Assembly (NCBI GenBank): GCA_963701095.1
Contig: OY969564.1
Location: forward strand, 1,056,001 to 1,120,000
DNA length: 64,000 nucleotides
Reading direction: 5' to 3'
DNA from: an uncultured Methanoregulaceae archaeon
GTDB taxonomy: Archaea > Halobacteriota > Methanomicrobia > Methanomicrobiales > Methanospirillaceae
Under the pieces are notes generated by a model. It did no database searches. It had not been told where the DNA came from and worked only from the letters and a program-made list of their open reading frames with translations. The number at the start of each line of letters is the position of its first letter. The first letter of the stretch is position 1. The translations under genes were made by a program, and so were the position numbers. Below are positions 50,967 to 61,802 of this stretch, piece by piece.

Positions 50967-52415
50967 TCAGGTACGTATCAGTAATTCGGAGAGCTTTTCG
51001 TGCACCCTTACCATGGCAAGGGTATCGAGTTTACAGTATGCCAGTAATTCCGCCTTTTTTTGTTCAATCTCTTCCGGGCTCATCATTCCCTGTGCCATCA
51101 TTGCAAAAACCACCATGGCACTACCTCCGTTGGCAATGGCAAGGCCATCATAAGAAAGATCAGTGACGAGGGCCGGGAGGACTACTTTTATGGAAGTTCT
51201 CCCGGCAAACTGGGGATGACGGACACATTTCACGGATTTTTCCAGATCCACAATTCTTTCGATCAATGCCTGGAGCGGTTGTTCAAGATCCGGAAATGCC
51301 TCGCAGAGTGCTTTGATCATTGTTCTTTCATAATTACTGTAGGTTATAATCGAACCTTTCTTATCGAGGTCAGCAATCAAACGCTGTGCAAGTTCTTTCC
51401 TGCAGTCTGAGTGGGGATTTGCAATATATTCACGGTGTGCGGTGATATTTCCAAGCCGGTCACAGATATGGATGGAATACTGTGTCGGGAATATATCATA
51501 GGGGCCGAGTTCGGGATAGAGCGGAATTACTGTTTGTGATGTTTCAAAATCAAGATAATATGCAGGCCAGACGACTTCATCCAGTTTCTCTTTCATTACG
51601 GGATCGATATCGACTTCCCCGCTTTTTATACATTGAACGACCTGCCTCTGAAGAGGAGTCAATGTAAAAGATTCAGGGATATCGCATATTGATAGTATCC
51701 CTGCTGATGAGAGTGCGGTAAACGCCTTTTCACTCAGTCGCGGTATCTGGAAGATATGATTTTCAATATCCTCACCGATGCATCGCTTAAATTCACTGCA
51801 TTTTTTGCAATTCATTGTTGATTCGGGCTTGGGTTCATCGGCGGCATGAACAAAATGATCGACTTTTGACAAGTATGGTGAGAATTCCTTGACCTTTTCG
51901 AGGACATCGCCGGTACAATTAATTCGAACAAAGAGATTTTCCAGGGGCATCCCAAGCCGATATTCTTTGTTTATTAACTGAAGGATGATATTTGATGTTT
52001 TGAAACCGGATTTTTGGGCAATCAATGTCGTATAGGCCATATCTGCGATATGATCCTCTTTTACATTCAGACCTGACTTAACTTCAACGACATCCCACGA
52101 TGTGCCTTTCCGTGTGAGGATATCGGCTTTTGCAACATAATTTCCCGTGATGAAAGTGCCTTCGAATATTGTATGTACCTTCGCATCTGCGGTAAGTTCA
52201 CGGGTCAACGTTGCGGCAGACTCATTATCAGGTGCATTGACAAACACCCCATCGGGATACAATTCTCGTGCTAGTTTTCCGATATATTTCCCCTGGTTCA
52301 TCCAATATTGTGTCTCAGGGGACCGGTCTTCTGGTATTTTATCGTTTTTCAGCCGCCAGCCGAACGTAGGACATGCAATGGTATTAAGGAAGATATTCTT
52401 CGTGAGGGACGCCAT
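50967..52415 (-). CDS. DUF2779-type protein: PD-(D/E)XK (Cas4-like) nuclease plus RNase H-like domain
   Basis: ADIL...VEVKS...D.AY, CKKC..FKRC, YYLDFET, YCKLDTLAM. Confidence 0.75.
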   Translation of the reverse strand: MASLTKNIFLNTIACPTFGWRLKNDKIPEDRSPETQYWMNQGKYIGKLARELYPDGVFVNAPDNESAATLTRELTADAKVHTIFEGTFITGNYVAKADILTRKGTSWDVVEVKSGLNVKEDHIADMAYTTLIAQKSGFKTSNIILQLINKEYRLGMPLENLFVRINCTGDVLEKVKEFSPYLSKVDHFVHAADEPKPESTMNCKKCSEFKRCIGEDIENHIFQIPRLSEKAFTALSSAGILSICDIPESFTLTPLQRQVVQCIKSGEVDIDPVMKEKLDEVVWPAYYLDFETSQTVIPLYPELGPYDIFPTQYSIHICDRLGNITAHREYIANPHSDCRKELAQRLIADLDKKGSIITYSNYERTMIKALCEAFPDLEQPLQALIERIVDLEKSVKCVRHPQFAGRTSIKVVLPALVTDLSYDGLAIANGGSAMVVFAMMAQGMMSPEEIEQKKAELLAYCKLDTLAMVRVHEKLSELLIRT

Positions 52416-52680
52416 CTGTTTAGGAATTATTGCTCGGTATGGATATAATGGGTGGCAATAAAGTCGTTAGTCACGAGGTTTCAGGGGAGTAAAGATCCGG
52501 CCATGAGTGAGTGAAAGTGAAGGGACGCAAAATATCTCTCGGGAGGTGTTAACCGAAGAATATCTATTATAATGTGACAAGTAATATCCCAATAATTATT
52601 TTCTCCCGAATTAACGAATGACAAGATTAATGCCAGTATGAAATATATAAAATAATAATTAAATTGGGTTGAGTGGGAGA

Positions 52681-55605
52681 ATGCACACATTAAAAGACGC
52701 CTTTAAGAAAAAGAAAATTGTTCCTTATGATGACATTCTGAAGAATAAAATATCGGAAAATTCCTTCGCAGTAGGATTTCATGCAGTCCTGAATGGGACC
52801 GCCGATGACATCTATAACGACCCAAAATTGTTTTTCGATCTTACTCACGTGACGAAAAACCTTGCAGGGATTTATGAAGACGTTCTCTCAAGGATGGCAC
52901 ATGGCGGAAGCCGACCTCTGCTCGTAATTGATACTACATTTGGTGGCGGAAAAACCCATACACTTGTCGCATTATATCATCTGTTTTCCCACCCTGATGT
53001 TGCAAAGAAAAATGCAGATCTGAAAAAAATTCTGACTTCTTTGAATCTCCCTGCCGTCCCTGATATCTCCCTCGTTGCCATAGATTGCCATAATATTTCC
53101 TCCGTGAAAATGCCCAAAAAGGCCCGGACAATATGGGGAGAAATCGGCCGTCAGCTTGATCAATATGAAATGGTTAAGACTTACGACCAGGAAATGCGCC
53201 GTCCGGATGCGGATACTCTGGCCAAACTAATAAATTCTACCGATAAGCCCGTCTTAATTCTGCTGGACGAACTGGTGAATTACCTGAAGGATGCCAAAGC
53301 CGAGGCTGTCGGCGAACAAAATCTCGCTGAAGTGACGGTCTCTTTCTTCCATACGCTCACGGACGTTATTGTCAACAGCAAGAATGCAATGCTAATCATC
53401 ACCCTTCCCGGGTCTGAATCCGCTTATAAGGAGGAATCAGAACTCCTCGAAAAATATAAAACCATGATCAAGGAAATCAGCGGGAGGGAAGGTTCTTTCA
53501 CCGTACCGATGGAACGTTCGGAAATCTATGATGTTATACGGAAACGCCTCTTCCGCACGGTCGATCACCAGTATGCCACGGATGTCGCCGAACATTTGCA
53601 GAAATTTTATGCAGAACATCAGGAATCATTTCCTGCCGATGTGATGACCCTGGACTACCGGACAAAAACCGCTAAATCCTATCCATTCCACCCGGCGCTT
53701 GTTGATCTTCTCTATGAAAGGGTAGCTACAATAGCAGAATTCCAGAAAACCCGGGGAGTTCTCCGGCTCCTTTCCCACATCCTGAAAAATATCTACCAGA
53801 ATATCGATACACTAGATTCTGATCCGATCATTACCCCGGGCATTGTCGATCTTAATGATATGAGTATTTTCCAGGAATTGACCAATAAAATAGCGAAAGG
53901 AGAGTTCCAGTCGGTCATCAATTCTGATATTGTCAATGATGAACAGACTGCCAAATGCCAGAAGATTGATAATAAACCCGCATACGGATCAAATGTCCGT
54001 GTCAGTACCGCAATCTATCTGTACAGTCTGATCGGTTCTAACAACGAGGCAAGTAAGGGATGTTCCCAGAATGATCTAGTACTTGCCACATCTGTCGAGG
54101 GGATAACCTACCCAAAAGATGTGCTGGTTGATGTGATCAATCTCGAAAATACCTTGTGGTACATTTACAACAAAACCGGTAAATTATATTTCTCCGTTGA
54201 AGTAAATCTCAACAAAGTCATCGCTGATGAAACCCAGAACGTGGACCAGACCCAATATGATCCGGAGATCAAGGGAAGGCTCCGGAAGATGCTTTCATCG
54301 GACTTTTTTGATGTTCATGTATGGGATGAGGATATCAGGAGTCCGCATAAACCAACGCTTGTAGTCCCGAATTTCCACACGGTTGCAGGGACTGAGACTT
54401 CAGTCCCTGGTCAGGTAAAAACAGTCATCGAGAAGGAAGGAACTTCATTCCGGTCAAGGAAAAATCTCATGTATGTGCTGGTTGCACGTGAAGATCGTTC
54501 TGGAAGAATGATAGAAGCCTCTCGCCGGTTCCTTGCGATCGAGGAACTCAAGGGGGCACGAAAGAATCGTCAGGATATCGGGGCGTACGGCCAGAAGATC
54601 GATGAACTTCTCAAGGAAGCGGATTCAACCCTGAATGGTACCCTCGAACGATGTTATTCCCTCATCTATTACCCGAAAGGGACCGAGATCAAATGCATCA
54701 CCGTCGCAGATGGCTATGAAGGAGCAAAAAATCTTCCGGATAAAGTTTGCAAAGCACTGACAAAAAGCGGTAAGATTGTTGCCACAATTAATCCTGAGTA
54801 TATTGTTGACCGGATCTTTGGTGATCGAACGGAAATGACAGTGCAGGATCTGGTAACAACCTTTGAAGAGGCACCGGTTCATTTTTTTCCGAAAAATAAG
54901 GATGTTGTGTATGATGCGATAAAACGGGGGGTTCAGGAAAATCAGTTTGCGATGTATTCCGGGGGGATCGGGGATATCCTTGCCATTGACAAAGAAAATT
55001 TCTCTTCAGTAGGCGAACGATTTTATTTCGGTCGCGCACCTGATTCAGGTGTGCGGGATGGTTATTATCTCCTTCCCAAAGAGCGGGCAAAACTCATAGA
55101 GGGGCAACTCAATGAAATAGCCGAACAAGCCGGACGATCGGCTAGTTCCCTGAATCCTGTAGGGCTCTATGTTGGGAAGAAGGGCAAACAAATTTCACTC
55201 ACTTCACCAGTGACTGACAAGACTCTTGATAACCCGGCGGAAATTGCTGAATACCAAGGATGGAATCTCCGGGAACTGGATATCCGTTTTACCAATGCCC
55301 GCCTTTTTAACCAGATTAAAAGTACATTTTCCATGCTGCTCCTTGGCCAGACAGGTGTTGTTTTCAATATATCCGTGCACAGTTCGCAATTTGATCTGGA
55401 AATTCATGACAGCGAAATCAAAGATATCAATGCAATCGTGGATCTGTTATCCAAGCTTGCGGTGCAATTCAACGATAATCTGAATGTATCAATTGCAATG
55501 AAATTCCGGCAGCCGGCGAAAGTTGATCAGGATCTCGCCGATTCCATCGATGAATTTAGTCCGATAAAGTCTGAACTTACTTTCGAAGCGCTTGTGGAGA
55601 AGTAA
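52681..55605 (+). CDS. DUF499 AAA+ ATPase (restriction-like system)
   Basis: TTFGGGKTHTLVALYH, LILLDEL, IRKRLF, SYPFHP, FQKTRGVLRLL. Confidence 0.88.
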   Translation: MHTLKDAFKKKKIVPYDDILKNKISENSFAVGFHAVLNGTADDIYNDPKLFFDLTHVTKNLAGIYEDVLSRMAHGGSRPLLVIDTTFGGGKTHTLVALYHLFSHPDVAKKNADLKKILTSLNLPAVPDISLVAIDCHNISSVKMPKKARTIWGEIGRQLDQYEMVKTYDQEMRRPDADTLAKLINSTDKPVLILLDELVNYLKDAKAEAVGEQNLAEVTVSFFHTLTDVIVNSKNAMLIITLPGSESAYKEESELLEKYKTMIKEISGREGSFTVPMERSEIYDVIRKRLFRTVDHQYATDVAEHLQKFYAEHQESFPADVMTLDYRTKTAKSYPFHPALVDLLYERVATIAEFQKTRGVLRLLSHILKNIYQNIDTLDSDPIITPGIVDLNDMSIFQELTNKIAKGEFQSVINSDIVNDEQTAKCQKIDNKPAYGSNVRVSTAIYLYSLIGSNNEASKGCSQNDLVLATSVEGITYPKDVLVDVINLENTLWYIYNKTGKLYFSVEVNLNKVIADETQNVDQTQYDPEIKGRLRKMLSSDFFDVHVWDEDIRSPHKPTLVVPNFHTVAGTETSVPGQVKTVIEKEGTSFRSRKNLMYVLVAREDRSGRMIEASRRFLAIEELKGARKNRQDIGAYGQKIDELLKEADSTLNGTLERCYSLIYYPKGTEIKCITVADGYEGAKNLPDKVCKALTKSGKIVATINPEYIVDRIFGDRTEMTVQDLVTTFEEAPVHFFPKNKDVVYDAIKRGVQENQFAMYSGGIGDILAIDKENFSSVGERFYFGRAPDSGVRDGYYLLPKERAKLIEGQLNEIAEQAGRSASSLNPVGLYVGKKGKQISLTSPVTDKTLDNPAEIAEYQGWNLRELDIRFTNARLFNQIKSTFSMLLLGQTGVVFNISVHSSQFDLEIHDSEIKDINAIVDLLSKLAVQFNDNLNVSIAMKFRQPAKVDQDLADSIDEFSPIKSELTFEALVEK

Positions 55606-55609
55606 CGGC

Positions 55610-56101
55610 ATGGAGATCAAGAATTATCTGAAAAAGGAGCGGATCCATTATACGGTTTCGCTCAAGGAAGGATCCGGCAAATCCATGCAGCTCTGGGAGC
55701 ACATCGACGGGATGAACCGGCATTACAAGAATCCCATTGGCTCCGTCTTTTCATGGCGGGCAGAGATCATAAGGGTTTTTCTCGACAAACTTATTGCAAA
55801 ATACCAGCATGATGTCAAAAGCACGATTCTGAAACGTCAGATGGTTCTCGATACGGATGGCGGAGGAATCGTTCACCTTGAAAAGAGCCAATGGAACAGC
55901 GATTACCGTCTTCCCGAAGAAATGGCGATGAAGATGCTCTTTGCGATGAAACTGGTGTCCAGCATGGAGCAGCGACCACGGATAGAAGAAGCACTGGAGA
56001 TTATTGGTTCGCTGACCGATGAGGAGATATCATTCTGGGCTTGGAAGGTTCTCTCGTTGAAAAATTCTGCGCTGAATGGTTTTAAGGCGATGTATCTTTG
56101 A
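55610..56101 (+). CDS. Small accessory protein in the DUF3780-like position
   Basis: Position between ATPase and methylase; C-terminal LTDEEISFWAWK. Confidence 0.55.
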   Translation: MEIKNYLKKERIHYTVSLKEGSGKSMQLWEHIDGMNRHYKNPIGSVFSWRAEIIRVFLDKLIAKYQHDVKSTILKRQMVLDTDGGGIVHLEKSQWNSDYRLPEEMAMKMLFAMKLVSSMEQRPRIEEALEIIGSLTDEEISFWAWKVLSLKNSALNGFKAMYL

Positions 56102-56110
56102 GATGATTTT

Positions 56111-58657
56111 GTGACTGAAGAAAAACGGACTTTAATTGAAACAATTTTACCGGTTGATGAAATTTCCGAAGAAGCGAAAATCGAAAAGTTAGGAAATGCA
56201 AAACCACCCACTTCAACAATGCACTATTGGTGGACGAGGAAGCCTCTCGTCGCAGCGCGGGCCGTGGTTTTAGCATCATTACTTCCATCAGATTTTGATA
56301 TTATTGAATTCAAAAAATTACTCGGTCTTGGTAGAGACAAACGGGCATATACTTATGATATTCCTAAAGACCGTATTGAACAACTAACGGAGGAATATAA
56401 AAAAGTCTGGGGAGAAGTTCCAACAATTCTTGATCCTTTTGCCGGCGGAGGTTCAATTCCCTTTGAAGCGATGCGGGTAGGTGCGGATACAATTGCTAAT
56501 GATTACAATGCAATGGCATATCTTATTCTCAAAGCTACACTTGAATATCCAAAAAAATACCGAGGAGTCCTTCTTAAGGACGTTGAGGCTGGGTTGGAAT
56601 GGGTTTTTCAGGAAACCAAAAAGGAGATGGAACAATATTATCCTAAACACGAAGGAAAGGAAGTCGCTGCATATATTTGGGCTTGGCAAGTGAAATGTCC
56701 ACAATGTGGATTCGAAAATCCAATAGTTGGACAGTGGTGGTTGGCACGTAAAAAAGGGAATAATTTTTATTTAGATTATAACAAGCCGCTGACCGCTAAA
56801 TCCCCACTTATTTTATCGATTCATAAGGGCATCTCACCGCAAGAAGGAAATTGTTCAGATGGGAAAGGGGTTTGTCTCAATTGTGGTGCACAAATCTCCA
56901 ATGAGCACATAATTAAAGATATAAACGAGCGGGAAAAAGAATATCCTCTTGCTGTCGTTGTGAATGGTCGAAAACGAAAAGAATACGAGTTATTTTCTCA
57001 AAGTGATAATGACGCATTTGATAAAGTCGACAAATATGTCAAACATAACCTTCAACGCTGGATATCTGAAGATATTGTTCCAGATGAGGATATCCCAGAA
57101 GACACTCGGGGATCTCTATCAGTAAGAATTTATCTACCAAAGTGGCGCCGATTGCTTAACTCGCGGCAACTCTTATTGTTTATCACTCTTGAGAAAAAAA
57201 TAAAAGAATACTGCCAAACTCAATTAAAATCGAATGATCTTGATTATAATTTCGCTGTTGCTACATATTTATCGTTCCTTCTCGGAAAACATTTTGATTA
57301 TAATTCACGTTCTACTGCATGGCATAGAGCAAATGAACAAATCGCTCATGTACTAACATATCGTGGAGTTGGCATGAATTGGGATCATGCCGAAGTCAAT
57401 CCTTTTGCTGATGGTTCGGGAACACTTCAGGGAATGATAAAAAATATAATAAAAGGGCTGGTCTTCTCACAAAATTCTCTCAATCTGCAAACAAACTGTC
57501 TTGTAAAAAATTTATCCGTCACCAATCTAGAAACACCCTCAAACCTAATAATTTCCGATCCTCCATATTTTGACGACGTGAGATATGCTGAGTTCAGCCA
57601 CTTCTTTTACACATGGGAGCATCGAGTTTTAAAATCAATACACGATCTTGGCGATATCCAATCTGCTGAAGAAATGTCGGTTGGAGGAGCAGGTCGGACA
57701 CCAGAATTTTTCTCTCGTTTATTTAATATCAGTATGAAAAAGATTTTTACACTTATATCTGATGATGGAATGGTTGTCTTATTTTTCGCGCATTCGTCTC
57801 CAGAAGCGTGGGGTTTCGTAATAAAATCAATGCAAAATGCAGGTTTTCGTATTACTGCGACATGGCCGGTCCATACTGAAAATGCAGTTAATCCTCTCGC
57901 TCGTGGAAATTCATCAATTATGTCATCTATTGTTATTGTCGCACGAAAACGAAAAACTGAAAAAACTGGTTATCTTGAAGAAATTCAGGATGATGTTCAG
58001 TCTCACTTAAGAAAACGTCTCGACGAATTTTGGAATTACGGCCTCCGTGGTGCAGATCTTACGGTATCTGCAATGGGTGCAACCCTTGATATCATCACTC
58101 AATATTCTGAAATTAAGAGTTACACTGGCGAGATGCAGATTAAGGACGTACTTGAACTTGTCCAAAAATATGTCGCCCAGTACGTTCTCGATCGGTACAT
58201 GAAGAACGCATCCGGTCTCGATGCACCAACATCATTCTATCTCTACACTCGGCTGTCACACCTCCAAGGGATGCCATTTGATACTGCAAACCTTATTGCA
58301 AAAAGCATGAATGTTGATCTCAAATTATTCGAGAAACAGGGACTCATTGAAACAAGCAAAAAAGGAAAAGCGCAGGGTGTTAAGATCCTTAATTTCTCCT
58401 CTAGGGAAACCAACCCCAAACAATCCCTTATCGACTGCGTCCAATTCGTAATTACAACTTTCGCGAGGGGTGGCTATACTGATGTTGAGCGGGAACTTGC
58501 AACCATTCCCTTCAGCAGAAGTGAAATCAAGGACGTTCTCGAAGCTCTTCTCTCATTACCAACAGAAGATTCCGAGCGACAGGTAGCGCAGAAGATACTC
58601 GAACGTATGGGACAATCATTCCCGAAACAGGGCCAGACCGGGCTGGATAATTTTTAA
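56111..58657 (+). CDS. DUF1156 adenine DNA methyltransferase with zinc ribbon
   Basis: HYWWTRKPL, DPFAGGGSIPFEA, CPQC...CLNC, DPPY. Confidence 0.9.
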   Translation: MTEEKRTLIETILPVDEISEEAKIEKLGNAKPPTSTMHYWWTRKPLVAARAVVLASLLPSDFDIIEFKKLLGLGRDKRAYTYDIPKDRIEQLTEEYKKVWGEVPTILDPFAGGGSIPFEAMRVGADTIANDYNAMAYLILKATLEYPKKYRGVLLKDVEAGLEWVFQETKKEMEQYYPKHEGKEVAAYIWAWQVKCPQCGFENPIVGQWWLARKKGNNFYLDYNKPLTAKSPLILSIHKGISPQEGNCSDGKGVCLNCGAQISNEHIIKDINEREKEYPLAVVVNGRKRKEYELFSQSDNDAFDKVDKYVKHNLQRWISEDIVPDEDIPEDTRGSLSVRIYLPKWRRLLNSRQLLLFITLEKKIKEYCQTQLKSNDLDYNFAVATYLSFLLGKHFDYNSRSTAWHRANEQIAHVLTYRGVGMNWDHAEVNPFADGSGTLQGMIKNIIKGLVFSQNSLNLQTNCLVKNLSVTNLETPSNLIISDPPYFDDVRYAEFSHFFYTWEHRVLKSIHDLGDIQSAEEMSVGGAGRTPEFFSRLFNISMKKIFTLISDDGMVVLFFAHSSPEAWGFVIKSMQNAGFRITATWPVHTENAVNPLARGNSSIMSSIVIVARKRKTEKTGYLEEIQDDVQSHLRKRLDEFWNYGLRGADLTVSAMGATLDIITQYSEIKSYTGEMQIKDVLELVQKYVAQYVLDRYMKNASGLDAPTSFYLYTRLSHLQGMPFDTANLIAKSMNVDLKLFEKQGLIETSKKGKAQGVKILNFSSRETNPKQSLIDCVQFVITTFARGGYTDVERELATIPFSRSEIKDVLEALLSLPTEDSERQVAQKILERMGQSFPKQGQTGLDNF

Positions 58658-58666
58658 GGTGCATGC

Positions 58667-61600
58667 ATGGCAATGACGTTAGCAGAATTCCACGAGCGGA
58701 TTAGAACACAGCAGTTCGATCCGCTGACCAATTTCAAGCTGAATGTCGATGCCTACCGTATTCACCTCAAGCACAAATACGATCCTGTTTCGGTCGTCTC
58801 CATCGGTAAGATCGATCCACTGCCCCATCAAGTCGAAGCGTTTGTCAAGATGATGGCGATGCTACGCCCGTCGAGCGGCATTTCCGGCAGGATCCGGATG
58901 CTGCTTGCCGATGATGTCGGGTTGGGAAAGACCATTATGGTCGGCCTCGTCATGAAAGAGCTCCTGCTCCGCCATAAAATACAACGTGTGCTTATCATAT
59001 GTCCATCGGGACTCCAGATCCAGTGGAAGGAAGAACTCAAGGAAAAATTTAACGAAGATTTCACCATCATCAAGGGACAAATTGAAGGAAATCCCTATGC
59101 AGAAAATGATAAGGTGATCCTCTCGGTCGATATCGGGAGAAATGAAGAAAAAACAAAGATGCTCCTCTCAACAAAATGGGACCTCATTGTCTTCGATGAA
59201 GCGCACAAACTCAAACCCGGAAATATGCGGTACAACCTTGCCGAAGAGATCAGCACAAAAACCGCCCATCTCATTCTCGCATCCGCTACGCCCCATGACG
59301 GTAAAGTTGAGAATTTCCTCGGGCTTGTTAAATTGATCGATGAAGAGATGGAGAATATAACCGACAGCGGAGAACTAAAACAGTATCTTGATCCGCTCAT
59401 GATCCGTCGACTCAAGGAAGATATTGTCAATTTCCGGGGAAAAAAGATCTTTCCTAAAAGATCGATACCGCAAACCCTTGAAATTCAATATTCTCCGGAA
59501 GAACTCGAATTCTATAATGGTGTTGAGGATTATGTCAGGACATATTACCAGAAAGCAGAGTCCGGCGGGTTGACCTCTGTTGTCCTCGCACTCTATATCC
59601 TCCACCGGCGGGTTAGCTCATCAATCCAGGCCGGTGTCATCTCACTCAGGAAACGCCGGCTCAATCTCCTCCGTCCCTACACAGAGATCACGGAAAAAAA
59701 CGAAACTGATTATCTCTGCTATCTTGAAGAAGGAAATGAGGAGAAACGGGAAAAGGCCGAAGAGGAAATTATCAGCGCCACAGCAGCACTGACACAGGAA
59801 GAGTTGCGGGTTGAATGCGAAGCCCTGGATAGGTTGATTGAACAAGGCCAGAACCTTCTTGACAGTCAGCAGGATCGGAAATTCCAGCAACTCAAAACAC
59901 TTGTCAATACTATCCGGACAGAACACCCCGGCGATAAGATTATTATTTTCACGGAATTTACTGACACACTTCGGTTCCTTGAAAAAAAGCTCATAGCGGA
60001 TAATTTCCTCATTGCGAAGATCACCGGGGGATTATCACCAGAAGAAAAGAAAGAGCAAGCACGACTGTTTGAAAAACGGTCCGATATCCTGCTTGGCACA
60101 GAGGCTGCCGGGGAGGGATTGAACCTCCAGTTCGCCAATATTGCGATCAACTACGAACTTCCCTGGAATCCAAACAGGCTTGAGCAGCGCATCGGGCGGG
60201 TGTACCGGTACGGACAGAAAAAGGAAGTTTATATCTATAATTTCAAAACAGCATTCCCCATCGATGACGCAGTTCTCACAAAAATTCTTGAAAAGATGGA
60301 GCATATCCGGGCCATCTATGGATCGAATACCATCGATGTGATCGGGTCGATGATATCAGAGAAAGATATCCTTGAAATTTTCCGCATCGCGCAGGGTAAA
60401 GGTTCTCCAGTTGACAAGGTGGATCAGCTCTTTACTGAAAAACTCGATGTCTTCAAAGACATTGACCAGTTCTTTATCAAGGACTCATTTAATCTCGTCA
60501 ACGTGACATCACTCACGCCCAATATTGACAGGTGCATCAACAATTTCGATATCGAACGCTTCTTCCTCACGTGGGCAGAGAATTCGCGGTCTGTGGATGT
60601 TCAACCCGCAGAGAAAGAGGCTGGCAAGTATCATATCCGGATCCCCTGCACTACGACTCCGGCTGAAGCGCTCTGCACGGATAGGGAATCCCAGAAATAT
60701 GATGACATAGTTGTAACCGGGGTATTCGATCCGGAAAAGAAAGGCACCTATCTCGCTCTTGGTCATCCGGTGATCAGCTGTGCGATTGATGATTCCCTAA
60801 CAAAACACACGTGTACAATCATAAAATGCCCGGAAAAAGGCATTATACTCACTTACATTCTCAAATTTTTCGATGGGCGTGGAAGAGAGATCTACGCAGA
60901 GCCCGTCCTGTTATATCAGACACAAAATGATTGTAAAGGACTGGATCCTCTCAATGTCTGGGAGTTTGAAGGATATGATCGGGATCAGGTGCTCAATGTT
61001 GATGGCGAATATTTTACCAAAGCTATCAGGGATCTTCTTGTCGACCCGGAATTTGCCTTAAAGGATTATATTTCCAAGACAGAAGTGTTTGTAAGAGAAA
61101 AACACGAAAAGGATCTCGAAAGAGAATTCAATTACGCGTATACAGAATACCAATGGAAAATTAAAAACCAGAATCTGAAACGGGAAAAATTTGAGGAGAC
61201 CGGACAGAAATACCTCATCGAGCCGGTTGATAACAAGATTCTCCAATTGAAGCTGGAACTCAAATCACTGAGGCAGGATAATCTGCAATCAAAAAATATA
61301 ACCTGGAAACTCTGTGGTCCGGTCGATCTTGCCCTGCTGCTCCCTCCATCCGATCAGAAAAACTGGGATCCCAAATCCGAGCAGGCACGCATCGATCTTG
61401 AAAAGTTGAAAAGGGAGATCGAACTTAAAGGAATGAAAATTGTATGCCAGTTTGAGAGAGAACACGGGAGGATCCCAGAAGATGTTTCGAAAGAAACCGT
61501 CAGGGGCTATGATATTCTCTCAAAATCTAAAAATGAAAAACGGCATATCGAAGTAAAATCATTTTCGACAACCAATCCTATACAGATCTCTTCGAACGAA

Positions 61601-61798
61601 TGGCGGGTGGCGTCTCAGTTACGGGAAGATTACTATCTCTATGTTGTGGAGAATATTTCCAAAGATCCAGAGACCCAACCGACGGTCATACCGGATCCAT
61701 ACTTGAATCTTGAGAAATATGTAAAAAAGGTCCCGATTGAGGATTACAAGATGGTATTGGAAAGAGTTCCAGAAGAGATGAGAAAACAAAAACAATAG
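58667..61798 (+). CDS. SNF2-family helicase with C-terminal DUF3883 nuclease
   Basis: LLADDVGLGKT, DEAH, SATPH, LPWNPNRLEQRIGRVYR; C-terminal GYDILS...IEVKS...ISSNEW...YYLYVV. Confidence 0.9.
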   Translation: MAMTLAEFHERIRTQQFDPLTNFKLNVDAYRIHLKHKYDPVSVVSIGKIDPLPHQVEAFVKMMAMLRPSSGISGRIRMLLADDVGLGKTIMVGLVMKELLLRHKIQRVLIICPSGLQIQWKEELKEKFNEDFTIIKGQIEGNPYAENDKVILSVDIGRNEEKTKMLLSTKWDLIVFDEAHKLKPGNMRYNLAEEISTKTAHLILASATPHDGKVENFLGLVKLIDEEMENITDSGELKQYLDPLMIRRLKEDIVNFRGKKIFPKRSIPQTLEIQYSPEELEFYNGVEDYVRTYYQKAESGGLTSVVLALYILHRRVSSSIQAGVISLRKRRLNLLRPYTEITEKNETDYLCYLEEGNEEKREKAEEEIISATAALTQEELRVECEALDRLIEQGQNLLDSQQDRKFQQLKTLVNTIRTEHPGDKIIIFTEFTDTLRFLEKKLIADNFLIAKITGGLSPEEKKEQARLFEKRSDILLGTEAAGEGLNLQFANIAINYELPWNPNRLEQRIGRVYRYGQKKEVYIYNFKTAFPIDDAVLTKILEKMEHIRAIYGSNTIDVIGSMISEKDILEIFRIAQGKGSPVDKVDQLFTEKLDVFKDIDQFFIKDSFNLVNVTSLTPNIDRCINNFDIERFFLTWAENSRSVDVQPAEKEAGKYHIRIPCTTTPAEALCTDRESQKYDDIVVTGVFDPEKKGTYLALGHPVISCAIDDSLTKHTCTIIKCPEKGIILTYILKFFDGRGREIYAEPVLLYQTQNDCKGLDPLNVWEFEGYDRDQVLNVDGEYFTKAIRDLLVDPEFALKDYISKTEVFVREKHEKDLEREFNYAYTEYQWKIKNQNLKREKFEETGQKYLIEPVDNKILQLKLELKSLRQDNLQSKNITWKLCGPVDLALLLPPSDQKNWDPKSEQARIDLEKLKREIELKGMKIVCQFEREHGRIPEDVSKETVRGYDILSKSKNEKRHIEVKSFSTTNPIQISSNEWRVASQLREDYYLYVVENISKDPETQPTVIPDPYLNLEKYVKKVPIEDYKMVLERVPEEMRKQKQ

Positions 61799-61802
61799 TT
61801 TT

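Noticed and set aside
50967..52415. CRISPR-Cas locus suggested by the Cas4-like nuclease
   Set aside because: No repeat-spacer array and no cas1/cas2 or effector genes seen anywhere in the window
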